This document shows positions 13,045-23,869 of a stretch of 64,000 nt of DNA, in pieces (position 1 is the first letter of the stretch; each line of letters begins with the position of its first letter). Source of the stretch: Lenisia limosa (taxonomy: Eukaryota; Protista; Breviatea). The translations under genes and the position numbers were made by a program. The DNA is taken from contig LPNZ01009306.1 of NCBI GenBank assembly GCA_001655205.1, positions 11,902-75,901 on the forward strand. The letters are read 5' to 3'. The notes under the pieces are model-generated. The model was not told the DNA's origin and did not search any database. It saw only the letters and a program-made list of their open reading frames with translations.

Positions 13045-14389
13045 ATGGTACAAGATAAACCGTCACACTTTTATGTGCTGGCAAATGGTCAGATTGAAGG
13101 AGCAGAGGTGAGTAGTCCTACTGTTTATAACATTTTCCTCACCTTTTCAGTTTGAAGGTGCAGAAAACCTCTTTTGCAAGTTCATATTCACCCATGGACC
13201 GGATTGGAGCGTCATGCATGTTGGCTAACGGTTTCCATATCTCACCTCTCACCTCTTATTTGTTAGTAAAGTGTTCTCACTGCTTCAGGGAGTTGAACAG
13301 GGGGTCACACAAATTGCTGATCGAATGACGACTGGAGATCCAATATTCACATGGAACTTCCCAATTGATGTTTCTTTCAAAGTGTGGCGATGTATAATCT
13401 TCTTCTCCAACGATGTTTCTAACCATTAGACAACAAACGTATACGGATGGCCACAACTTGTAATGGCAGTGTATGGTGTTGACTCGTTTGGCCATGATGT
13501 AATAAGAGGGTAGGATGGGCTTCAATCAAAGTGTTCAGAAATTCGGCAAGCTACGTTTTATAAACTATATTTTCTTGTTTAAAAAAATAACAAGTTGGCT
13601 CTCTTTTTTCATTCTGTTTAAATAATATTACAAAAGGATCAGAAGTTTATTCTATTTGTTTCCACGAAAATGTGGTCAGGAAGAGAGTAGTCGTGATAAC
13701 AGGAAAACAGACTTTTTAATTTTATGAGATGATGCCCAAATTTTACATTTATATATAATCTTCTCTTTTTTCCTTTTTTGAAGATTATATTACATCAAAT
13801 TATACCTTATGAAAAAGCCAGTGGATTCAGCTAGTGAACATTTCAGTTATGCATCAATGACACTCCCACTTGTTGGCGGGCGATATAAAAGGGAAGTCAG
13901 GTAAGCATTGCGGCTATTCAACGACTATCCCACTCCGTTTTCTATATAATTGATCATGCAGACTCTTTGTTCCAGACAGCTCTTCTCGCCTGCAACGAAT
14001 GATTGGCTGGATGACAGGAATGCGACCGGAGTTCATTGACACCGTGTTTCCTGCAAAGAGCGAAGGCCGAGACGGTGAGTTCATCTTAGATGACAAGATC
14101 CCTTTGAAGGAGCAAATACTTGATATTCAGAGGGCAAATTGACCGTTTAGTTGTTCGCACACACTCTAACGGTGTGGTGACAGTTACTATTGAGGTTGTC
14201 ACGAGGCATATGAAGGACTGCGGATATTCAACGGTTTGTTTCAACAATTTGGAGTACGTATTACCCAACGCTGAATTATCATCTGATTGTTTCAGTCTCA
14301 GGGTGCATCATTGCAAACTCTTCGCATTTAGGTTCTTTTTTTTTTTGTTGTTGTTGTTTTCACAAGGTAGTCCATCAGGTTCTGTATAG
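13045..14389 (+). CDS. B9D1: B9 domain protein 1 (ciliary transition zone); last exon uncertain
   Basis: Spliced: FYVLANGQIEGAEF...FTHGPDWSVMHGVEQGVTQI...[46 protein letters not shown]...RPEFIDTVFPAKSEGRDVVRTHSNG. Confidence 0.9.
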
Positions 14390-14969
14390 TATTTGTAAGT
14401 TATTATGTAGATTTTTTTTTTGTCGTTATCCATATAACCAAGTTATAAGCACATAGAGTACCATACCGTAAATTTATCTTTCTTCATTTTTTTGCATACT
14501 GAGGGGGTGATTAATTATTTTTTGTTCAAGCTACTATATATAGTCTTTTTTTATTATATACCCTTCAAAGATGTTTTTGGGTAATATTTTGTTTCACTTT
14601 TTATTTTTGCCTTCAAGAGTTAAGCACTTTTGCCTTTTTAATACATTGTTTGCGTTTTAATTATTTGGTATAGTATACTGGTTTTTACCTACATACTGCT
14701 TTGCTGTTTCCCTCTCTGCCCTTTGAGTTTCAAACTTGGGGTAATAATATTACCTCTTATCCTTTTCTTTCTTTACCAGCCCCTTAAAAATACATCCTAC
14801 ATAGTCTATTCTTTTGTAGATATTGGACTGCTGGAATATAACACTGTATTATTTAATATCGTCACTACACAACCAAACTCTAAGAAGTCCAAAGGGGGCC
14901 GGCCATCCTAGAGTGTGAGTGCATATGATTAATTAATCAAGTCATCTTACCTTTTGGAAATTCACCCAG

Positions 14970-15321
14970 CTATCTATCAGCTGCACTTTGTGCGCGAGAG
15001 GCAAAACTTCCAGAAGGAATCTGAGTCAATGAGACAAAAGGTATTCAATTGGTATCACTAACATTTCCTCCTGAGTAGTGAGAAGATTGGGTAGACATAA
15101 TACGTCCCTTGTCGCCTTGAGATACATGGCCGTGACCTCCTACCATATATGAGATACAAGATGACAAGATGCATAAAGTGTGTTTTATTGAGACTGTGGC
15201 CCAGTTACCTCCGCTTTTGGCACCACCACCGCCACTCTTTCTGCCTCCTCCACCTTTACCCCCACTGCCGCTTCCTCCTCTGAAAGAATAAGAAAATTAG
15301 CCTCACCCACCCTTTTCCCAT
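14970..15321 (-). CDS. Small Gly-rich SMP/LEA-like hydrophilic protein, about 69 aa, 4 exons
   Basis: Spliced MGKGGGSGSGGKGGGGRKSGGGGAKSGGGHGHVSQGDKGRIMSTQSSHYSGGNIPSGSFASRAQSAADR*. The RI.S.Q...FASRAQSAAD motif is typical of microbial SMP-domain proteins. Absent from the ORF track. Confidence 0.65.
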
Positions 15322-15710
15322 TGAATTGACTTTGAAAAAAAAAAGCAAAAATCTGTCAATCTGAATTTAGCTACTGCCTCAGAAAATGTAGTTTACTGCT
15401 TTTATAAGCTCATTCTCTGCATTTTCCGTTCTTCTGCATTTTCCGCTTTGTCCGCTTGTCCGTTTTCGATACCATATAAGGCAAGCCACGAGGCTGCCAC
15501 GAGGGCAGTTGGTCGGCTCCTATCTTCCATCTATTAATTATTTATTTATGTCTGTGTGTGTTTATTTTACGAGTGGAGCAGCAGCGGAGAGAATGGAGAA
15601 CTAGGTGGGGGGGTGTCCACTCCAGAGAAAGGAACAAAAACAAAATCCAAAAAAACCGATTCCCCCTTTGCACTTTCCCTCCTCTACCTCCTTTGCACTC
15701 ACTCTCCACC

Positions 15711-18619
15711 ATGGCACAAACTGCCGTTGATGTCTCCACCCTTGGTATGCAGTTTTTGTCTGAAGCTGATAAAAGCGATTTTATCTGCAGTATTATGGAA
15801 ATTTAACCAATTAAATGGATTAGAAGCAGTTTTGGGGAAGGCTCACATTCTTAGGCAACCCCTCCCCTGTCCTGCATGTCCGTGCTCTCCACGACCACTG
15901 CTCTGAGCAGGTATTTCATGAACCTAAGTACAAAATGCTTTTATACTACTCACCTTCTTTAACACAGGATCCCATTTCCGCCTTCTTAACAAGGAAAAGG
16001 CGTAATTAAACAAAAATTAACGACTACAGGAGCTGCGGGCGGCCTTCTCCCACTTTGGAGCGATCAACCAAGTCCTTGTCCTTACCCACAAACGCCAGGC
16101 CCTGATTGAGATGGCCTCAATCCGCGAGGTAGTCGAGAGAAGGATGTTGCTGGCTTTATTTTATTGGGCCTGGGCTAATAATATGTAGGCTACCAGCGCC
16201 ATCACTTTCGGAACCGGAAACCCCATCCAAGTTGGTCCTTCTTTCGCACTCATCAATTACTCACGCTCCACCGAGCTGAACAAAACCAACCGTAGGCGGC
16301 TGGAATATCCTCTGGAGTGGCAACATGTGTGCTTGGGATATCCTCTGGAGTGGCAACATGCTTGGTGTTGCTAAGACATTTAGGTCGTGACCAGCCTGCG
16401 GAGTCTGCCGTCCACAACGGCGAGCACACTGTATTCATGACCATCATGGTATGAACAATACCTTGCGTCCTTTCTTTCTTTCTTTTTTTTTTTTTTTCCC
16501 TTGCTTATTGTCCAGAATCCCCTCTACCCTATCACTGTGGACGTGCTGAATACCATTTTCAGTCCCTTCGGCGCAATCAACAGAATCGTCATTTTCCACA
16601 AGCAAGGCATTCAGGTGAGAGTGGTGGTACATGGTACCGACCGAGTTGCACCAGAGCTGAATGCGGCGATGGGAAAGGATAGTTTAGTGTTCACCTGTTA
16701 GGCTCTGGTTGAGTTTACCAACGCCAACGCTGCGTTACAGTCACAAACCGCACTCAACGGCAAGGACATCTACGACGGATGCTGCACCCTCAAGATCGAG
16801 TTCTCAAAGGTAAAAAGAAGTTGAGTTGCTTCCGACTTATATGCCTACCAGTGCGTTTTCTGAGAATGATTATGGGGCAAAGCAGCATTAGCCATTTCAA
16901 AATGAAGTAGTAGAGCAAAAAAACGATACAAATCAAAAAGCCTCGTAAATATTGACACACATAGAGCTTAAGGTGAATCTATTTTCAAAAATCAATTTTT
17001 TAGATTGACACCCTCAATGTCCGGTTCAACTCTGAACTTACTCGTGATTTCACAGACCCCAGCCTTCCCACCCAGTCTTCCCAGCGTAAGCTTCCTTCCT
17101 GTCCAGTGTGCTTTTGTTGTTTGTAAATAGTTGGCTGACACATCAGACCCCCCTGCCCAGTTTACCCAACATCAACCTCCCCATCATCAACAGGCTCAAT
17201 TTGGCGGATACCAACAGGTTAGTTTGCCTGCCGGTTTTTGAGTTGCATCTTTCAATTTGCATACTTGCGGATTACCGGGTGTGGGTGTTGTTGTCAACCC
17301 AGTCTATTGAATGATGGAAACAGACCCAGTTTTCATAATTCCAGGCTCCCAACGGCCGCCCCTGCGTAATCATGTACAATTTGCCGACCGACCAGAGACC
17401 TGAACTTGCTACTGAGCTCTACAACCTCATCACCCTCTATGGTGTCGTACAGAAAATCAAGTTCATCCAGAACAAGGTTTGCTGGGGCTGTTTTATTGCA
17501 GTGTCAAAGTCTGGCGGGTGCTCGTGATGGATTCGGATCAAAACAGAATACTCTGGAAATCCTTGTGAAATATATATATAAATGGGTTCCGTCATTGTCG
17601 GAGAAAAATTGTTTGTTAATAATTCTGTAGCCCGGTACGGCTTTGGTCCAATTCGCTGAACAGTCCATGGCTGACAAGTGCATGGAAATGTTAGACAACA
17701 CTGTCATTGAAGGCGAAGCTATCCTTGTTCACAAGAGCCGCGTTGGGGGGGGGGGGGNNNNNNNNNNNNNNNNNNNNNNNNNNNNNNNNNNNNNNNNNNN
17801 NNNNNNNNNNNNNNNNNNNNNNNNNNNNNNNNNNNNNNNNNNNNNNNNNNNNNNNGCCCTCAGCACCCTGCTATTTCTCTAATTCACTCAGCACCCTGCT
17901 ATTTCTGACTCTCGACCCTCTGAGAACGGTGAAACCTCCTTCTATGATACCGTCAGGTGAGCTGTCCGTCTTTGGGATAGGAAATGCCAACCCCAGGGCA
18001 ATGGGAAAACGGAGACAATATAGTACAACACTCACCTTCTCATTCTGTAGCTTCGAGTCATACCGCAACTTCCGTCCCGACTTCAAGAACATGTCCAAGC
18101 CCACAAAGGTAGGAACCGCATTGATTTGCCAACCTAACTCCCAGGTTCTTTTCTTCAACAACACTCCCCCTGACACTGACGAGACTTCCTTCCCGAGCTA
18201 CATGGACGAACTTGACCTCCCTCGGTAAGCCAGGAATCCCGCTATGTTGTTTTAATCTTTATGATTTGACCATCTGACCCCTTCAGCCCGACGCACATCA
18301 AAATGCTGCCCAACAACGACCCATCCAAGACCAACCGTCGTGGTCTTATTGAGTTCGCTGACGTCGAAACCGCCACCAAGGTCTGTTGCCCTCAGGACTG
18401 CTGGCCTTTTTTTTGTTTGTGTCTCCCCCCCCCCCCCCNNNNNNNNNNNNNNNNNNNNNNNNNNNNNNNNNNNNNNNNNNNNNNNNNNNNNNNNNNNNNN
18501 NNNNNNNNNNNNNNNNNNNNNNNNNNNNNNNNATGCGTGCTAATAACGCCCGCGTTGGAGAGCGCAACACCCTTCGCCTCGCCTTCTCACGCCACATCCT
18601 CTCAGAAGAGTCTTCATAA
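15711..18619 (+). CDS. PTB: Polypyrimidine tract-binding protein / hnRNP-L family, 4 RRMs
   Basis: GNPSPVLHVRAL (RRM1); NPLYPITVDVLNTIFSPFGAINRIVIFHKQGIQALVEF...LNGKDIYDGCCTLKIEFSK (RRM2); ALVQFAEQSMADKCMEML (RRM3); NTLRLAFS (RRM4). Confidence 0.85.
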
Positions 18620-19062
18620 TCGTTTTTCTTCCAATCGTTTCTGTTTCATGTATTCTATCGAAATATTCAAGAGGTCTGTGACAGTACTGGGTAGCACAAC
18701 TGTTCTCCAATTCTCTTGAGTGAATCTGTGCACGAATAATTAATAAATGATGATATAACTCCAGGTTGACTCCCAGTTGAGATTGCCAGTTGAACAGGAC
18801 AACACACAATAAGAAATCGGAATGTTCTAGAAGAGAATTTAACAAGGATCATCCATTGTTTTTACCTCAAATCTTTTCCCTAAAAACAGCACCAGCCTCT
18901 CTTGTTTTTCTTCATTGCAACATTTAGTTATTCTCTCATTGCACGCAAATAATACGCCGTTTTGACCCTCCCCTCGTGAGTTCTCCACGCCAACCTCTTC
19001 CATGCCAAGGCCAAGACCGTTGTTGTAAAAGCCGGGCTTTGCCATTGTGATCAACTGGCGTG

Positions 19063-22000
19063 ATGAAGTTTGAAGGGACGCTTGCGGCGTATTCGTCTCC
19101 AGAATGGCGTTCAGAGTACATTAATTATCCAAAACTGAACCAGCTCACCAAGGTTGCCCCCCCCCCCNNNNNNNNNNNNNNNNNNNNNNNNNNNNNNNNN
19201 NNNNNNNNNNNNNNNNNNTGCTGCTGTGAAGGGAGATGTCTCTTCTTTGTTTTCCGATGGTATGAAGTGAAGTTGTTTACTTATTCTTTAGAATTAAGTC
19301 CACTGCTCCAAGGCTCTCCCCTTCAACAGGTTTGTTGCTACCCAGAAAAAACAGATAGAAAAGATAAAAAGGGTTTATTTGATTACTATTTATGTATTCG
19401 AAATTCACCCTCTCCAGATTTACGATGTGTCTGAAGAGTTTCGAGTGAGCTGTGAGTCTGAGCTTTTCAAGGTTGACTCCTTTTTCCATTTCAAAAGTAG
19501 GCCTTTAAGGCATTCATCATTCATTATTATGTACTTCTCTCGCGTCGATTATGACTGCTTTGTTTGTAACCATTCAAGTTACAAACTTCCTCAAACGGCA
19601 GGAAGTCCTCTTCCACCAACTGGAGAGACTGCAGCAAAAAGAGGAGTGAGAATTGGATCGCTGGCATAACCCCTTCAGAGCAGCGGAATTGAACGCTTGG
19701 GAATTCAACAAGAAATGGAGGAAGTTACGAAAGGCTTTTATTGAACAATACCGAGGAATGGATTTGCTGATGAATTTTGCTACTATGAACCGTGGGTTTC
19801 TTACATCTTGTTTAACAGATTAACTTTATTCAGAATTAGGTTTTGTCAAAATGGTCAAAAAATACTCCAAATTTCTTTCCCATGCACCAGTGGTGTACCC
19901 TGAAATTGCAGAAAACCGTGTACCATCCCTTAATATCACATGCGAACCCGCAGTATGCTTATATTGTAATTCACCCACCCATCTTTGTTATGGTTCGACA
20001 AATAGACAAGACAACGTGACCAATCATCTACATTTGCATGTGCACCTAACCCCCCCCCTCCGCAGCAGCTCTCACTTCCGAAGGACCGTGACCCTTGGGT
20101 GGAGGCGTTTAGTGACCTTCTCAGAGCCTCGCACGTCTTTTCAACTTACAGTCTTGAGGAAGCTCTCTCAGGAGCAGAAGTGGGTGCCATGATCCGACAA
20201 TTTATTATTACATACGAACCATGGGTAAAAATGTTGTATGTAAAGGATCAGATGAATTTTTCGCTAAACATAGGATATTATATAAAGTTGTAATTATTTG
20301 GACGCGTTACCAAATAGGACGTTATCAATGGCTACTTTGGTGTTGATGAGAAGTTTCGAACGCACCAGCGCAACAGCAAATTCATCCCCCAAAACTCGAC
20401 ACTATTCGGCAGTAAGGGCACCGTGCTGCTGACATTGTAGTTATCTGGGTGTTGCTGGTCCTTTCTCTGTTCTTCCTCGTCTTCAACGATTGGTCTCACC
20501 AGGAATTCCAAGAGAATATGGTAGCCGAGGGTATTGTTTTTAAGATAATTGTGATCATCCAAGCAATGCTATAACCAAGTAGCGATACCATGAGGCCGTC
20601 TATAGGTCATTCCGACCGCTCTTCCTTGGACAGACAATGTTCTTACTTTACGCCCTCAATGTAAGACCCAATATCCAGTGTTCATATTACGTTTCAGGGC
20701 CTGATTTGGACCTCAAAAAAAGTCAACTTTGTATTTATCTTCCAAGTGAGTATATTTACCCTCAGTCAATGGTAACCACCGCAGTTCAACCCTAGAGACT
20801 ACCTTACTCCATACCACATTCTTGAACTTGGCTGTGCAATGATTTCTTTGACTCTTGCCACAATCTATCTTTATCAAAGTGTTATTATTGGACGGATAAA
20901 TCCTCGTGAGTTACCCGAATAACGTAACATTGTAGCTTTTGGTTTCGAACCAACCACATACCCTCTACTTCTCATTGCTCTTCATTTTATTCTTCTTATT
21001 TTGCCACTCCCAATCCTCCACCACCGCTCCCGCCTTTGGATTATCAAAATTATCACACGGATTGCAATGGCTCCTTTCAGACGGGTGCGTTTCCAGGTTT
21101 GCCGACTTCGGAGCCCTTTTGTTATCTCACACCTTAGGACTTTTGGGTAGCTGATCTCCTCACGTCCTTAACCCAAGCATTTGTTGACATGTTTTTCATG
21201 ACCTGTTTTGCTACCAGTGGACTCTACGCTTCAAATAAGGAGGAATTCCGTAAGCTGTGTGATTCTCTATCACGCCTCCAGCCCAACACAGTGTCTGCAG
21301 CACAAGCCCGAGTAGTTGGCCCTTAGTCCTTATCGGCGGTATGCGTTGCCTTTTTCTTGAGAAATTATGTTGCTGGTGATATCTCTCAAAATAAAGAGTT
21401 ACCTTTTCTTCTTCCACGTGTCACATGATAGCTCTTCCCTACATCTGGCGATTCCTCCAATGTCTCAGAAGATATCACGATTCTAAAAAGGTCTGCATTA
21501 TCGTTGCCAATTACTGTATAGGCCTTCCCCCACCTTGTGAATGCGCTGAAATACTCTTCTGGAATTCTTGCTGCCATTTGCACTGCCGGTACGTTGCTGG
21601 AACCCTGGCCACTTTTATTTCGTCCAATGACTGTTGTAGCCTACGCAGCCAACGCAACTCCGGATGGCGATTGGTGGGGGGGGGGGTGCTCCTCCAAGAG
21701 AAGTTGGTTGCAGCAACTGACAATGTCGTAGGGATCGATACCGAGTTGCTTTCCTGCTGTCCAGTATTGTCAAAAGCGCTTTCGTCTACTCCTGGGATAT
21801 CTACATGGATTGGGGTCTTTTCTCAAGGTCAGGCCTTTGTTTATTGACAGACACAGACGACCCAGCCAGTCGCAGTTCGTGTTCTCCGCAAAGTCCATTT
21901 ACGTCATCGCATGTTTCACGTTGGCTTCGTCCCTTTTACTTCTTCCAAATGACCATTTAGGAACTTGTTCCTGCGACTGACCTGGCTTGTTGGTATGGCA

Positions 22001-23760
22001 GTGGAGTTGAGTAACATTCTCCTTCGTCAACACCTTATAACAGTGGTGTCTGTATTGGAGATACTGAGACGCACTCAATGGTCCATTTATCGGTTTGCTG
22101 TTTTTCAGAATTATAAAGACATTGCGTTGCCTTAATTGTCTAGGCTTGAAAATGAACACACGAACAACGTTGGAAGCTTCCGTGCAGTCAACCTTGTCCC
22201 CCTTCCCTTCAGTCTCACGACCTGGGCCAAAGACTCTTCAGCCAGCGTGGGTCTTTTGTGCTTTTTCTTTATGCTTGATGGCTCCAGTCCAATACAATGG
22301 ACAATAGATTGTTTTTAATTAATACTCGCATTCTTTATTTCAAAGAGTAAGTGTCACCCCTCAGGTGTGCCAGAAGTGCCCAACCGTGTTTACCCTTTTT
22401 CGCCGCCGTCACCACTGCCGCCGCTGCGGAAAAATTTTCTGCATCAAGTTGGCTCTGATGTTAAGATACCACCCCTTGTCAGTAGTACATAACCCCCCCA
22501 GATGCGCGAGTAAGAAAACCACTGTTTCTGAAGTTGGAGGGAGGAGTCATGCTGGAGGGGAGGAGTCATGCTGGAGGGAGGAGTCATGCTGGAGGGAGGA
22601 GTCATGCTGGAGGGNNNNNNNNNNNNNNNNNNNNNNNNNNNNNNNNNNNNNNNNNNNNNNNNNNNNNNNNNNNNNNNNNNNNNNNNNNNNNNNNNNNNNN
22701 NNNNNNNNNNNNNNNNNNNNNNNNNNNNNNNNNNNNNNNNNNNNNNNNNNNNNNNNNNNGAGTCATGTAATGTGAGATGAACAAATGCCAACATTCTGTT
22801 GAAGAAATACATTTGACCCTTTCAGCTTGGGGGAGACGCAGTGCGGGTGTGTGATGCCTGTTTCGATATTGAAGAGTCGAGGCCTTCACGCCCACTTGCT
22901 CCTTGCCATCGAATGCTGCATAAAAGCCAGACCCCGTATGGCATGTTGACATATGTGGCCCTTTCCGACCCCTTCATCCGCACTCCCAATGATGACGGTT
23001 ATCTTCCCGAATCCATGATGCAGGAAACTGACTACTCTGACGCCTACCCCGCCTCGCCTTACTCCTTCCATGTAAGCTTTTGTCAGGCGCATTATTGTGG
23101 TTTGAATTTGACTTTTAGGGTTCCCCGGACTACACATACCAAACCGCCACCCCAAGCGCCTCGGTGAATTACTCCGAAGTTTGTGGGAATATTCAGTCGA
23201 CGAAGTCTGGTGACGCCGTTCTGCTTCTGAGCAAAGCCTCTGTTACTCCCTCCTCCAGCAGGCTCTGGGAATTTTTTTTTACCCTTCCTCAGAAATCTGA
23301 GCCGTCGATACACGGCTCAGACGTTCAAACCCCCGTCATCGTGCTTCCTCTCGACACTGCCTCGTCACACTCCGACATGGCGCCACGCAGTCCTTTGCGC
23401 CAATGCAGCCCAGACCGACCCCACATCACAACATCCGTAACCTCCAATGATGGTGAGTGGGGGGGATGGGGGTCTCGCAGAACATAGTTCACATAATATA
23501 AAAAAACATAATATGATATGATGTACTGACAATTTCAATTTGGTTTACATTTCATATTTCTACCTATTACCATCATATTCCATGTTGCAGAAAACCGACT
23601 TGGCGTTCTAGGAAGCTTGCCAAAGTCACATTCTATCGACGATTTATACTGCACCAGCCCCATGTCCATTCGTGATGGTCGCGGAGGTAAGCCCTACTAT
23701 CAATTGATCTGTTCAGGCGAGACAACAATCACTCTTGCTGATTCCGATCAAGATGAATAA
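19063..23760 (+). CDS. XPR1: SPX-EXS phosphate exporter (XPR1/SYG1/PHO1 family) with a C-terminal FYVE finger and Ser/Pro-rich tail
   Basis: SPX: MKFEGTLAAYSSPEWRSEYINYPKL, GFVKMVKKYSK. EXS: LADLLTSL, ALPYIWRFLQCLRRYHD, NALKY, YSWDIYMDWGL, RLENEHTNNVGSFRAV. FYVE: WAKDSSASVCQKCPTVFTLFRRRHHCRRCGKIFCIKC...RVCDAC. Confidence 0.88.
22536..22767 (+). repeat. 18-bp G-rich minisatellite (GGAGGGAGGAGTCATGCT)n in an intron, spanning an N gap
   Basis: At least 4 tandem units before the gap and a partial unit after it; starts 3 nt after the donor GT at 22533. Confidence 0.9.
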
Positions 23761-23869
23761 AACTATCTTGATGAATTTTTCTGATTTCAATCCCCATGAC
23801 CCATGAGTGACGTAAATTATCCAATAATCTACGAAAACACTCGTTCAATTATACCTAGTGGAGGGGGAG

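Noticed and set aside
22536-22767. 18-bp repeat as a CRISPR array
   Set aside because: Contiguous tandem units with no unique spacers, inside a eukaryotic intron.
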